Source: Candidatus Binatia bacterium (GTDB lineage Bacteria; Desulfobacterota; Binatia; HRBIN30). Taken from it: a stretch of 64,000 bases of DNA. The notes under the pieces are model-generated. The model saw only the letters and a program-made list of their open reading frames with translations, was not told the origin of the DNA and did no database searches. The stretch spans positions 160,001 through 224,000 of the forward strand of contig JBBRSP010000002.1 in assembly GCA_038245295.1 (NCBI GenBank), given 5' to 3'. The translations under genes and the position numbers were made by a program. Below are positions 28,555 through 38,838 of this stretch, piece after piece (position 1 is the first letter of the stretch; the number at the start of each line of letters is the position of its first letter).

Positions 28555-30810
28555 ATGAAACCTGCGACGTGTCGTTGGTTGTTTGCTGCGTTTGTCTTTC
28601 TCGGCTTCGCGGTCCCCTCGGTAACCTGGGCGGGACGCGACGGCGCCACTCCACCGCGTTTGAGCATGATCGAAGGCCAGGTCGCCCACTGGCGGCCCGG
28701 CAACGAAGACTGGGAAGAAGCCACCCTCAATCTGCCGATGGCTCCCGGCGACGCACTCGCCGTCGGACACAGCGGCAAGCTCGAATTGCAACTGGGCTCG
28801 CGCACTTTCCTGCGCGCCGGAGCCGACAGCGAGCTGGCTCTCGAGACACAAGAACCCAACTACATCTTCTTCAAGGCAACCGCAGGGCGCATCTCGCTCG
28901 ATGTACGCCACCTCGGGGCTGGTGAAACGATCGAGATTGGAACTCCACAGACGGCCCTCACCATCGAACAAACCGGTTACTATCGCCTCGACCTCGACGA
29001 ATCGGAAACTCGCATCACGACGCGTCGCGGCGGCCGCGCCCGGTTAACCACTCCACAGCGCGGTGTTGAAGAGATCGCTCCGGACGAAGAGGTCGTCGTC
29101 GACAGTTCCGGCGTCGGTCGTCGGCGCGATGCCTATGACCTCGACGACTGGGATCAGTGGAACTACGAGCGCAGCGAGCGAATCATCAGTGCGCCCACGC
29201 CACGTTATGTATCCGAAGATGTCTACGGCGCCGACGAGCTGGAGCATTACGGCACGTGGCAGGAAGAGCCGACCTATGGCCACGTCTGGGTGCCGCAGGT
29301 CGAAGAGTCGTGGGTGCCTTACAGCAGCGGCCGCTGGGTTCACGATCCGTTCTACGGTTGGAGCTGGATCGATACGGCGCCGTGGGGCTGGGCCCCCTTT
29401 CACTACGGCCGTTGGGTCCGCATCCATCAGTATTGGGGCTGGGCACCCGGGCCATTCGTCGTACGCCCCGTGTACGCTCCGGCCCTTGTTGCTTTCTTTG
29501 GCGGTTCCGGGTTCAGCGTCGGTTTCACCGTCGGGGTGCCGGCCGTGAGCTGGGTACCCCTGGGCTGGGGTGAGCCGTGTTTGCCCTGGTGGGGCAGCGT
29601 TGGCTTTGTGGGATATCCCTGGTGGGGTGGCTGGGGCGGCCCGCGCTGGCATCACGACGACGGCCATCACGATGACGGCCACCATTCGGGTGATGGATCG
29701 CACAACCATGGCCACGACTACGGACATGTCCACGACTACCAAAATGCCCGTGACCCACATGCCATCGTTGCCGTCGCCCGCGGACGGTTCGGCAACAGTC
29801 CCGTGGACAGGGTGCGCCTGGCACGAGTCGAAAACGAAAACCTGCGGCCGCTGCGGCAGCCCGAGCCGCGACGCCCCGACACAATCAACACCCGCCCGCG
29901 CCGCGAGACGGTCGACGCGCGCGACACCGTCTTGAGTCGTCCGGTGGTCTCACCCGCCGAGGCGGCACGCCGCAATCGCTCGGCAGTCGATCGCGTCCCG
30001 GAACGGTTCCACGGCACAGATGCCACCGTGGAGCGCCATCATCCGGTGAGTCCCACCTCCTCAGCCCCTGCCGCGGCTCCGGCTGGTCCGCGTAAGTTCT
30101 CCAATGCGGATCTCGACAACAACGGAGAGAGTGCCGCGCATCGCGACACGATTGATCGCCACGGGCCGCCGCCGCGCTTTGATCAGGACCGGCTGATGCA
30201 ATCTCGGGAACGCCGCGTTCCGGATACGTCGGGCGCGGCGCCGATGCCGGGGCATGGCGACATCGGCAAAACCAATGGAGTCGGTGAGCCGTCGCGACGA
30301 GGCGATCTCGAGTCGCACCGCCCGCGCCCTGACTTCGAACGCATCGAGCGCAACCATCCTGCCAACCAGGGAGGCGGCATTGGTTCGCCGACCGGTGGCA
30401 GCACCACCGGTACGCAGCCGGTACCGGCACGCGAGCAGCGTCGCGATCTCTACGAGTCGCGGGACCATCTTCCCGACCGTATTGAGCGGCAGCGAACCGA
30501 TTCGACTGCGGTCCACGAGGCCCCCGTTTACCACGCACCACCGCCGCAGCCGGTGATGCAAGACGCAGCGCCGCCTATCGAGCGCCACCGTCAAGAACGG
30601 CCGGAGCACATTGAGATACAGCATGCGCCGGCGCCACCGCCGGTGGTTTATCACGCTGCGCCCGCGCCGGCGCCACCGCCGATGGTTTATCACGCTGCGC
30701 CTGCTCCGGCGCCGGCACCAAGCGGCGGTGGCGGCGGCGGCGCTCCGGGTGGCAATGCGGGCGCTGGCTCCGTGCAACCCTCGCGTGGTCAGCCTCACCA
30801 TGCACGCTAG
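28555..30810 (+). CDS. exported FecR-like / DUF6600-like protein with W/G-rich repeats and Pro-rich tail
   Basis: Signal peptide; FecR-like N-terminus; YGTW..YGHVWVP..WVPYSSGRW..PWGWAPFHYGRW; disordered C-terminus. Confidence 0.75.
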   Translation: MKPATCRWLFAAFVFLGFAVPSVTWAGRDGATPPRLSMIEGQVAHWRPGNEDWEEATLNLPMAPGDALAVGHSGKLELQLGSRTFLRAGADSELALETQEPNYIFFKATAGRISLDVRHLGAGETIEIGTPQTALTIEQTGYYRLDLDESETRITTRRGGRARLTTPQRGVEEIAPDEEVVVDSSGVGRRRDAYDLDDWDQWNYERSERIISAPTPRYVSEDVYGADELEHYGTWQEEPTYGHVWVPQVEESWVPYSSGRWVHDPFYGWSWIDTAPWGWAPFHYGRWVRIHQYWGWAPGPFVVRPVYAPALVAFFGGSGFSVGFTVGVPAVSWVPLGWGEPCLPWWGSVGFVGYPWWGGWGGPRWHHDDGHHDDGHHSGDGSHNHGHDYGHVHDYQNARDPHAIVAVARGRFGNSPVDRVRLARVENENLRPLRQPEPRRPDTINTRPRRETVDARDTVLSRPVVSPAEAARRNRSAVDRVPERFHGTDATVERHHPVSPTSSAPAAAPAGPRKFSNADLDNNGESAAHRDTIDRHGPPPRFDQDRLMQSRERRVPDTSGAAPMPGHGDIGKTNGVGEPSRRGDLESHRPRPDFERIERNHPANQGGGIGSPTGGSTTGTQPVPAREQRRDLYESRDHLPDRIERQRTDSTAVHEAPVYHAPPPQPVMQDAAPPIERHRQERPEHIEIQHAPAPPPVVYHAAPAPAPPPMVYHAAPAPAPAPSGGGGGGAPGGNAGAGSVQPSRGQPHHAR

Positions 30811-30819
30811 GGGAGGCTT

Positions 30820-31119
30820 ATGAATCGAGTTGCCTGGATTCGCGACACGCTGGCGCAGACCTTTGCGCCGGCGCATCTGCAAGTAGACGATGATAGCGCC
30901 AAACATGCCGGGCACGCCGGGGCGCGCGGCGGCGGCGGGCATTTCAGCGTCTTGATCGTCAGTGAAGCATTCGATGGGCTCGATCTGGTGACGCGTCAGC
31001 GCCGCGTCTACGCCGCCCTGGGCGACGCCATGCGGCAGGAGATTCATGCGCTGGCGCTGCGCACGTTGACGCCGGCGGAATGGACGGCATCTCCCGGCGA
31101 CCGAAGCCCTGCGGGCTAA
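30820..31119 (+). CDS. bolA: BolA family protein
   Basis: DDSAKHAGH..GHFSVLIVS.AF..RQRRVY..IHAL. Confidence 0.93.
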   Translation: MNRVAWIRDTLAQTFAPAHLQVDDDSAKHAGHAGARGGGGHFSVLIVSEAFDGLDLVTRQRRVYAALGDAMRQEIHALALRTLTPAEWTASPGDRSPAG

Positions 31120-31219
31120 CCCGTAAACATCCCTTCCAGAGGCCCCGGCCCTGCCACCCACATCTAATTGAATTCTCGGGAGGCCTCTTCTATGGTTCCC
31201 CGCCGAGGTTTAAATCCCA

Positions 31220-33202
31220 GTGCTGAAGTTTATGCGACGCAATCCAGATGCGTTCTGGATCAAGGGTTTGTTCGGCGTTATCGCCGCCATCTTCATCTTT
31301 TGGGGCATCGGAGTTGTTGGCTCGGGTGGCCGCCGACGCGGCGTCGGTGGCGGCGCTTCCAAAGACGGTGGTTTGGTAACCGTGGCGATGGTGAATGGTG
31401 AATCTATTGAAGAGACCGATTATCGCCGCGCCTACGCCAACATGGAGCGGTTCTACCGCGAAATCTATAAAGACCAATTCAAGCCCGAGCTTCTCGAGGC
31501 CATGGATCTGAAGGGCAAGGCTCTCGATCAGCTGATCCATACGAGCCTTCTGCGTCAAGAAGCCGAGCGCCTCGGCCTCGAGGTTACGGACAGCGAGATC
31601 CGTGACAGCATCGCCGCGATGCCCAGCTTCCAGCAGGACGGACGCTTCGACAAGGACCTGTACGTTCGTGTCTTGCACGCCAATCGGCTTACGCCGGCGC
31701 AGTTCGAAGATTCGCAACGCCAGGACATTCTAGTGCGTAAACTCCAGGGCATGATCACCGACGGCGTCAGCGTGTCGGAGGCTGAAGCCAAGGAACGCTA
31801 CCAGTTCGACAACGACAAGATCGATCTGAAGATCGCCCACTTCGAAGGCGCCGCGTACACAGCGGAAGTGAAGCTCGCCGATGGCGATGCCCAGGCCTAC
31901 TACGACAAGCACAAGGACACCTTCGAACTGCCCGAGCAGGTCAAAATCGAATACGTGCTCTACCCAGCGGACAAGTTCGCCGACAAGGTCGTGCTCACCG
32001 ATGCCGATCTGCAGAAATACTTCGACGACCACGCGGCTGACTTCGCCAAGCCCGAGCAGGTGCACGCGCGTCACATTCTATTGAAGGTCGACCCGGCCGC
32101 CAGCGATGACGTCAAGGCAACGGTCCGCAAGAAGGCGGAGGACGTGCTCGCCAAGGTCAAAGCCGGTGGCGATTTCGCCAAACTTGCCGGCGACGTGTCG
32201 GAAGATCCGGGCAGCGCCAAGAAGGGCGGCGATCTCGGCTTCTTCAAGCGCGGGCAGATGGTCCCCACCTTCGAGGCGGTCGCGTTCTCGACGGAGCCAG
32301 GACAGGTCAGCGACATCGTCGAGAGCCCGTTCGGATTCCACATCATCAAGGTCGAAGAAAAACAGGAAGCCTCGACCCCGACCCTGGCCGACGTCCGCGA
32401 TCAGGTTGCGGCAAAAGCCAGGGTTGACGAGGCACGCAACGCAGCGCGCACGCAAGCCGGCAACGACATGCAGAAAGCCAGCCAAGGCGAGGCACTCGCC
32501 GGGTTGGCGCAGGCCAATGGACTTTCGGTTGTTACCCCGGCGCCCTTCGCGCAGGGCGGGAGCATCGAAAACCTCGGTCGCTCTCCTCTCGCCAATGCCG
32601 CCTTCTCCGTAGACGCCAAACAAGTCGGCCCGCTGATCGACACGCCGACCGGCTTCATCGTTTTCCGCACCCTCGACAAGATCGCGGCGCACGTGCCGGC
32701 CCTCGAAGAAATCCGCGCCAAGGTCGAAGAAGCCGCCAAGAAGGAAAAGGCCGGCGAGATCGCCAAGCAGAAGGCGGAAGCGTTCCTTGCCGAGGCCAAG
32801 AAATCGGGGATCGAAGCAGCCGCGAAAGCCGCTGGTCGTGAGATCGAGGAAACCGCTGGCTTCCCCCGCAGCGGAGCCTACGTCCCGAAGGTTGGAAACT
32901 CCGAGGACCTGAAGAAGGCCGCCTTCCAGCTGACCAAGGAATCTCCGTTGGCGCCGGCCGTTTATGATGTGAACGGCGATTCCTACATCATCGCATTGAA
33001 CGAAAAAATCCCGGCCGACGAGTCCCAGTTCGCGACGCAGAAGGACACCTTGATCAAGCAGGCCGAGGATCGCCGCAAGGGGCAGGTCGCCGAAGAGTTC
33101 ATCAATGGGCTGATCGCCAAGGCCAACATCGAACGCAACGCCGCATTCCTGGCGTCGTTGAGCGGCAACGGCGGCCGCTCAAGCCGTTCGCGTAGCAACT
33201 AG
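31220..33202 (+). CDS. ppiD: PpiD/SurA-like parvulin PPIase chaperone
   Basis: N-terminal TM; SurA-N; HARHIL..FAKLA..SEDPGSAKKGGDLGFF..MVPTFE..FGFHII. Confidence 0.85.
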   Translation: MLKFMRRNPDAFWIKGLFGVIAAIFIFWGIGVVGSGGRRRGVGGGASKDGGLVTVAMVNGESIEETDYRRAYANMERFYREIYKDQFKPELLEAMDLKGKALDQLIHTSLLRQEAERLGLEVTDSEIRDSIAAMPSFQQDGRFDKDLYVRVLHANRLTPAQFEDSQRQDILVRKLQGMITDGVSVSEAEAKERYQFDNDKIDLKIAHFEGAAYTAEVKLADGDAQAYYDKHKDTFELPEQVKIEYVLYPADKFADKVVLTDADLQKYFDDHAADFAKPEQVHARHILLKVDPAASDDVKATVRKKAEDVLAKVKAGGDFAKLAGDVSEDPGSAKKGGDLGFFKRGQMVPTFEAVAFSTEPGQVSDIVESPFGFHIIKVEEKQEASTPTLADVRDQVAAKARVDEARNAARTQAGNDMQKASQGEALAGLAQANGLSVVTPAPFAQGGSIENLGRSPLANAAFSVDAKQVGPLIDTPTGFIVFRTLDKIAAHVPALEEIRAKVEEAAKKEKAGEIAKQKAEAFLAEAKKSGIEAAAKAAGREIEETAGFPRSGAYVPKVGNSEDLKKAAFQLTKESPLAPAVYDVNGDSYIIALNEKIPADESQFATQKDTLIKQAEDRRKGQVAEEFINGLIAKANIERNAAFLASLSGNGGRSSRSRSN

Positions 33203-33227
33203 CCGGGCCGGCTCGCGACGTACCGCG

Positions 33228-33980
33228 ATGCAGGCCAAGCCGAGCGATCCGTTCTGTTTTCCAGGCGATCGCACTGGCTGCCTGCTGCTGCACGGCTTCA
33301 CCGCTTCGCCCGAGGAAATGCGTTTCCTCGGCGAGCGGCTGACGGCGTCGCGTTTTGCCGTAACCGGTGTGCGTCTGGCTGGTCATGGGACCACCCTTCC
33401 CGAGTTTGAACGGACCACCTGGCAAGAGTGGTTGGCCTCCGCCAAGGCGGGGCTGACCGAGCTGGCGGCACGCACCGATCGAATCGTCGTCGTCGGCCAG
33501 TCGATGGGGGGCCTTCTCGCCCTCCAGCTCGCCGCCCAACATAGTGACAAGATTGCCGCCCTCGCCCTGCTGGCGCCGGCACTGCGCCTGGCTCGCCCGT
33601 GGATCGAGCGTTTACGACCCGTTCTGCCGCTACTCGCCAGTCGCGGGGTGTGCTTCCCGAAGGGCGGCTCGGACATCTCCAGTGCCGCGGCGCGCCGCGA
33701 ACGCTTCAGTTACGAAGGCACACCGGCCGCCGCTCTGCTGCAATTGTTACGGCTGCAACAAGCGACACGACCGCTGCTCGCCAAGGTCACCCAACCAATC
33801 CTCGCCATCCAATCGGCGCAAGACCACACCGTGTCGCCGCAGGCGATCGACATCTTGAAGCGTGGCGTCGGTCGGCCCATCGAAGAGTTGTGGTTGCGTG
33901 ACAGCTTCCACGTAGTCAGTGTCGATGTTGAGAAGGATCAGGTGGCAGAGGCGCTCGTGGCTTTTGCTGGGCGCATCTGA
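33228..33980 (+). CDS. carboxylesterase/monoacylglycerol lipase (alpha/beta hydrolase)
   Basis: LLHGFTASP, GQSMGG, QDHTV, SFHV. Confidence 0.88.
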   Translation: MQAKPSDPFCFPGDRTGCLLLHGFTASPEEMRFLGERLTASRFAVTGVRLAGHGTTLPEFERTTWQEWLASAKAGLTELAARTDRIVVVGQSMGGLLALQLAAQHSDKIAALALLAPALRLARPWIERLRPVLPLLASRGVCFPKGGSDISSAAARRERFSYEGTPAAALLQLLRLQQATRPLLAKVTQPILAIQSAQDHTVSPQAIDILKRGVGRPIEELWLRDSFHVVSVDVEKDQVAEALVAFAGRI

Positions 33981-33988
33981 GCCGGCGC

Positions 33989-34891
33989 ATGCGGTTTGGC
34001 CTCACCACACCGATTGTGACCTTGGTCCCTGGCCGTCACGGTGAATGGGAACGTCAGGCAACCATCGAAACGCTGCGTCAGGTGATCGTCACCGCCGATC
34101 GGCTTGGGTACGCGCACGCGACGTGCAGTGACCACGTTGCCATTCCGGAAGGAGTCGCCGCGACACGCGGGGCGCGATATTACGACCCCTTTGCGACGTT
34201 GGGCTTCTTCGCCGCGATCACGACGCGGTTGCACCTCGTCACACACGTTCTCGTCCTGCCGTACCATCACCCTCTCGAGCTGGCCAAACGCCTCGGAACA
34301 CTCGATCAACTCTCCGGCGGGCGTGTCGTGGCGGGCGTCGGCGTCGGCAGTTTGCGCGAAGAGTTCGAGCTGCTGGGGGTCGACTTCGATGCACGCGGTG
34401 CACGATTTGAAGAAGGACTACGGGCTCTGCGTGTGGCGCTCGACGACCCGGCACCCGTATTCGAGGGAGCGCATTATCGCTTCGGCGGCTTCGTCGTCGA
34501 CCCCTGCGCCACTCGGCGTGTGCCGATCTGGATCGGCGGCCGCACGCCGCGATCGTTGCGACGCGCCCTGCGTTACGCTGACGGCTGGGATCCGTTTGGG
34601 CTGACGCGCGATCAGCTCACCGAGCTTCTCTCGCAGGCGCGCCGCTGGCCGGAGTGGGACAGTCGCCCGATACCGTTCGAGATCGTTCTCGCCCCGGAAC
34701 GCCCACTCACACTCGGCACGACCGAGGACATCGGCCGCGCCATCGACGCCGTAGCGGCTTACGAGAAGCTCGGAGCGACCGCGTTGAATCTGCAGTTCCG
34801 AGCCCGGACTCTGGAGGAATGGCAGGAACAGGCCGCCGTCTTCATCGACAAGGTGGCTCGGCGTTGGTCGGGGGCTGGCTCCGCAAGCTAA
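33989..34891 (+). CDS. LLM class, probably F420-dependent, oxidoreductase
   Basis: SDHVAIP, DPFATL, LAKRLGTLDQLSGGR, PIWIGG. Confidence 0.85.
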   Translation: MRFGLTTPIVTLVPGRHGEWERQATIETLRQVIVTADRLGYAHATCSDHVAIPEGVAATRGARYYDPFATLGFFAAITTRLHLVTHVLVLPYHHPLELAKRLGTLDQLSGGRVVAGVGVGSLREEFELLGVDFDARGARFEEGLRALRVALDDPAPVFEGAHYRFGGFVVDPCATRRVPIWIGGRTPRSLRRALRYADGWDPFGLTRDQLTELLSQARRWPEWDSRPIPFEIVLAPERPLTLGTTEDIGRAIDAVAAYEKLGATALNLQFRARTLEEWQEQAAVFIDKVARRWSGAGSAS

Positions 34892-35024
34892 AGCTTGCGC
34901 CTACCTGCCCACCCTGCTCGCGGATGGTGGGCGAAGCCGTCCGCGTGCGGCAGGCGGCTTCGTTGACTTAGCCATACCTCCACGGTAACCGCTCTTGAGG
35001 TCCTGAATCGCGAATCGAAACGAA

Positions 35025-35834
35025 ATGCCGACCAAGTACGCTTCCGTAGATGGGTTCGCCACCCACTATTTCCACAGTGGCGCCACGAAGCTGCCCGACC
35101 AGGTTCCCGACCTATCGCGCGGCGAGCTGTTGCTCTTCGTCCACGCCGCCGGCTCCAACGGCAACACCTGGAAACCGCAGCTTGCGGCGTTCGGCGACAA
35201 ACATAGCCCGCTGGCGTTCGACTTCCCGGGACATGGGCGCTCCGGCGGCACCGAATCGTTGTGCAGCATCGACGCCTACCGCGACTTCCTGGTCTCCTTC
35301 GCCACGGCGTTGGAGCTGCGGCCGGCGGTCATCGTTGGACGCTCGATGGGCGGCCTGATTGGTCTCGCCTATGCTCTCGCAAATCCGGGGCGTGTTCGCG
35401 CTCTGGTGCTGATCGCCACGGGTGCCAAGATCACCCTTGCTCCCGAACGCGTCGAAACGTGGCGCAACGTTATGCTCGGCCGCGCCACACAGCCGTTCAG
35501 CAACGAGGCCTTCTCTCCCAGCGCCGACTTCGCAACCATGCGCGAGGCTTGGATGGAGCAAGTGAAAACCGATCCGCGCGTGCGCTACTTTGACTTTCTC
35601 GCCTGCAACGAATGCGATCTGCGATCGCGCCTCGGCGAGATCAAAGTGCCGACCCTCATCGTCGCCGGTCGCGACGACACCATCACGCCGGTATCCCTTT
35701 CCGAAGAGCTACAGCGCGGCATAGCCGGCTCGCGTCTGGTGGTCATCGAGAACGCCGGGCACACGATTTCGAACGAGAAGCCGGCCGAGCTCAATGCCGC
35801 CATCGAAGAATTCCTCGGCGGTCTGGCGAAATGA
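35025..35834 (+). CDS. alpha/beta hydrolase
   Basis: DFPGHGRS, GRSMGG, GRDD, AGH. Confidence 0.88.
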   Translation: MPTKYASVDGFATHYFHSGATKLPDQVPDLSRGELLLFVHAAGSNGNTWKPQLAAFGDKHSPLAFDFPGHGRSGGTESLCSIDAYRDFLVSFATALELRPAVIVGRSMGGLIGLAYALANPGRVRALVLIATGAKITLAPERVETWRNVMLGRATQPFSNEAFSPSADFATMREAWMEQVKTDPRVRYFDFLACNECDLRSRLGEIKVPTLIVAGRDDTITPVSLSEELQRGIAGSRLVVIENAGHTISNEKPAELNAAIEEFLGGLAK

Positions 35835-35841
35835 GAACCAC

Positions 35842-36993
35842 GTGAGCATCCATCGCAAAGCCGCCGTGGTTGGCGTGTATGAGCATCCGACGCGTTTCGC
35901 GCCGGACAAGACCGCCTACCAGATCCACGCCGAGAGCGCGCGCGGCGCTCTCGAGGATGCCGGGTTGTCGATCAAAGACGTCGACGGCTTCTTCACCTCC
36001 GGTGTCGGGCCGCTCGGCGTGATGACCGTCGCCGAGCATTTGAATCTCAATCCGCGTCACCTTGATTCCACGTCGATCGGCGGTTCGTCGTTCGTCGCCC
36101 ACGTCACCCATGCCGCGGCCGCGATCGCCGCCGGGCTGTGTGAGGTCGCCTTGATCACCTACGGCAGCACCGCGTCCTCGGAACGTTTCGCCGTCGGCAC
36201 CGGCGGCTCGTTTGGCGGCGATCCGCCGGATCACTTCGAGGCGCCGTACGGCCCAACCGTATTGAGCTCCTACGCTCTGGTGGCGCAGCGTCATATGCAC
36301 GAGTTCGGCACGACATCCGAGCAACTCGCCGAGGTCGCCGTAACGATTCGCCGCCACGCCTCGCTCAACCCGGTCGCCAAGTATCGCGATTTGATCACCG
36401 TCAACGATGTCCTCGCCTCGCGCATCGTCTCGTCGCCGCTGCATCTGCTCGATTGCTGCATCATCAGCGATGGCGGCGGCGCGCTGGTGGTGACGAGCCC
36501 GGAACGCGCCAAGGATTGTCGCAAACCCGCCGTGCCGGTGCTGGGTGGCTCCGAGGCCTTATGCCACACGGGTGCCGGTATGCGTGATCTCACCGACATC
36601 GCCGCCAAGCAGTCGGGGCCGCGGGCCTTGGCGATGGCTGGTGTGAAACACGCCGATATAGACATGTGTATGATCTACGACTCGTTCACCATCACGGTGA
36701 TCGAGACGTTGGAAAACCTCGGCTTCTGCCCGAAGGGCGAAGGCGGCAGTTTCGTGCAGAACGGGCGTATCGGCCTTGGCGGCACTCTGCCGATCAACAC
36801 CGATGGCGGTGGCTTGTCGTCGAATCATCCCGGCATGCGCGGCATCTTTCTGGTGATCGAAGCCGTGAAGCAATTGCGCGGCGAGTGCGCGGCGCGCCAG
36901 GTGAAGGATTGCACCATCGCCCTGTGCCACGGCACCGGTGGCATGCTCGGGCTGCGGCATAGCGGCGCGACGTTGGTGCTGGGACGCGAGTAA
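35842..36993 (+). CDS. SCP2-type thiolase-like protein (Ltp2/PhlC-like)
   Basis: GGSS in place of the nucleophile Cys; LDCCIISDGGGA, IYDSFT, NTDGGGLS.NHPG. Confidence 0.85.
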   Translation: MSIHRKAAVVGVYEHPTRFAPDKTAYQIHAESARGALEDAGLSIKDVDGFFTSGVGPLGVMTVAEHLNLNPRHLDSTSIGGSSFVAHVTHAAAAIAAGLCEVALITYGSTASSERFAVGTGGSFGGDPPDHFEAPYGPTVLSSYALVAQRHMHEFGTTSEQLAEVAVTIRRHASLNPVAKYRDLITVNDVLASRIVSSPLHLLDCCIISDGGGALVVTSPERAKDCRKPAVPVLGGSEALCHTGAGMRDLTDIAAKQSGPRALAMAGVKHADIDMCMIYDSFTITVIETLENLGFCPKGEGGSFVQNGRIGLGGTLPINTDGGGLSSNHPGMRGIFLVIEAVKQLRGECAARQVKDCTIALCHGTGGMLGLRHSGATLVLGRE

Positions 36994-36996
36994 ATC

Positions 36997-37416
36997 ATGG
37001 CGGAAAACAACTACAAGAAGCCGTTGCCGCGCATCGACGACGAGTCGAAAGGCTTCTGGGAAGCTTGCCAACGACACGAGTTATACATCCAGCAATGCCG
37101 GGCCTGCGGTAGCCGGCGCTATTACCCGCGCGCTGTCTGTCCGACCTGCCTCTCGGATTCGACCGAGTGGCTGCGCTGCAGCGGGCGCGGCACCATCTAC
37201 ACCTTCACGGTGACATACCAGAACCAGTCGCCCGGGTTTCGCGATGAGCTGCCCTATGTGCTGGCCTACGTTGAGCTCGAGGAAGGCGTGCGTCTGCTGA
37301 CCAACATCATCGGCGGCGACGTCGAGGCACTGCGCATCGGCATGGCGGTCGAGGTGGTCTTTGAAGACGTGACGCCCGAGGTTACACTACCGAAGTTCAA
37401 GCCGCGGGCGGCCTGA
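36997..37416 (+). CDS. DUF35 zinc-ribbon/OB-fold protein
   Basis: FWEAC..QQCRACG..PRAVCPTC..G.IYTFT..PYVLAYVELEEG. Confidence 0.92.
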   Translation: MAENNYKKPLPRIDDESKGFWEACQRHELYIQQCRACGSRRYYPRAVCPTCLSDSTEWLRCSGRGTIYTFTVTYQNQSPGFRDELPYVLAYVELEEGVRLLTNIIGGDVEALRIGMAVEVVFEDVTPEVTLPKFKPRAA

Positions 37417-37429
37417 CGACGAGCCACCT

Positions 37430-38083
37430 ATGATCCTGGATTTGCATACACACTCCGAAGCTTCGGAGGACAGCCGCGCACCGGTCGAGACGTATCTCAA
37501 ATGGCTTACGAAGAAGCGTGAGCTGTTGCCGATCGACGGGATTGTCCTCACCGAGCACCGGCAGTGGAACCCCGACGTCGACTATCGCGACCTCGAAGAC
37601 AAGTATCAGATTCTCATCCTGCGCGGCGCCGAGGTGGAGACGGACTACGGCCACATCCTCGTCTACGGCGTCAACGACGACATCGCGCAGCGTTTCGATT
37701 TCACCAACGTGCGTCTTTCGGCCCAGGAAGTGGTTCACGAAGTGGCGCGGATGGGTGGGGTGGCAGCACCGTGTCATCCGGGGCGACCGACCATCGGTTT
37801 GTGCGAGCACTACGCCAGCAGGCCGGCGCTCGATGGTGTCGTCACCGTCGAGGCCCTCAACGGCGGCAGTCGGCGCGGCGAGAACGAACGCGTGCAGGAG
37901 CTGATCGACAAGCATGGCTACCGCAGCTTCGGCGGCAGTGATTCGCATCTCGTCAGCTTCGTCGGCATCTGCGCCACTGAGTTCGAGGATGAGGTCCGCA
38001 ACATTGATGAATTGGTGCGTGTGCTCAAGGCAGGCACCTATCGGCCGGTCGACTACCGCGATCGCTTGAAACAGGCAGCCTAG
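37430..38083 (+). CDS. PHP domain phosphoesterase
   Basis: DLHTHS, LTEH, GAEV..GH, CHP, GGSDSH. Confidence 0.88.
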   Translation: MILDLHTHSEASEDSRAPVETYLKWLTKKRELLPIDGIVLTEHRQWNPDVDYRDLEDKYQILILRGAEVETDYGHILVYGVNDDIAQRFDFTNVRLSAQEVVHEVARMGGVAAPCHPGRPTIGLCEHYASRPALDGVVTVEALNGGSRRGENERVQELIDKHGYRSFGGSDSHLVSFVGICATEFEDEVRNIDELVRVLKAGTYRPVDYRDRLKQAA

Positions 38084-38488
38084 ATGTCACTTGAGTTTGA
38101 TCGCTCCATCATCGGCAGCGAGTTCGATCGCACGCAGAATGATCCCGTCACGCAAGACGAGGTCGACGCGTACGTTGCGGCTTGCGGCGAACCAGTCGCC
38201 GGGCCGGGGTTGGCGCCGCCGATGTTTGTGCTGGCGCTGCGCTCGGAGCGCTTCATGCCGGAGAATCTGCCGAACCTCGGACGTGCCGCCTTCGATGCCG
38301 GCAAAGACATCGACCTCGGCAGCCCAATCCGGGTCGGCGATCGTCTGTTGTCCGTGAGCACGATTCACGAGATCTACGAAAAGACCGGGCGCACCGGCAC
38401 GATGCGTTTCCTCGTGCTGCGCACGACCGTTACCAACCAGGATGAAGAGTTGGTCGCCGTGATCGATCAGAAGATGATGTTCCGCTGA
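38084..38488 (+). CDS. MaoC-like dehydratase (N-terminal type)
   Basis: APPMF, PIRVGDRL, IYEKTGRTG.M.F..NQ. Confidence 0.82.
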   Translation: MSLEFDRSIIGSEFDRTQNDPVTQDEVDAYVAACGEPVAGPGLAPPMFVLALRSERFMPENLPNLGRAAFDAGKDIDLGSPIRVGDRLLSVSTIHEIYEKTGRTGTMRFLVLRTTVTNQDEELVAVIDQKMMFR

Positions 38489-38512
38489 TGGACCGTATCC
38501 GCGCCCGTATTT

Positions 38513-38823
38513 GTCATTCCGGCGAAAGCCGGAATCTCCCCAGCATTTTTGGCCTTCCACTCGAGGCGATCCCGGCTTTCGAGTGTGTCGATTTACTCGG
38601 TAACCAAATTTGAAACCGAGCAGACCTATCCGTCATACCGGCGAAAGCCGGTATCTCGCCAGCTTTCGAGGCTTCCAGCAGGGGGAGATCCCGGCTTTCG
38701 CCAGGATGACGTTGCTTCATTTCAGTTCATCGACAGACTCGAAAGCCGGAATCCAGTGACGGAAACCCAGCCGAACGCACCGCTTCGATTCCGGCAATGG
38801 GTCCCGGCTTTCGCCGGGACGAC
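38513..38823. repeat. cluster of GTCAT..CCGGCGAAAGCCGG REPs surrounding a 160-bp MITE
   Basis: REP arms at 38513, 38569, 38631, 38688, 38741 and 38800. Confidence 0.85.
38581..38740 (-). mobile_element. 160-bp MITE (family B) inserted between REP half-sites
   Basis: Ends GAGTGTGTCGAT / ATCGACAGACTC; internal REP doublet; body close to the reverse complement of 50113-50272. Confidence 0.8.
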
Positions 38824-38838
38824 GGCAAAGGCAAACCC

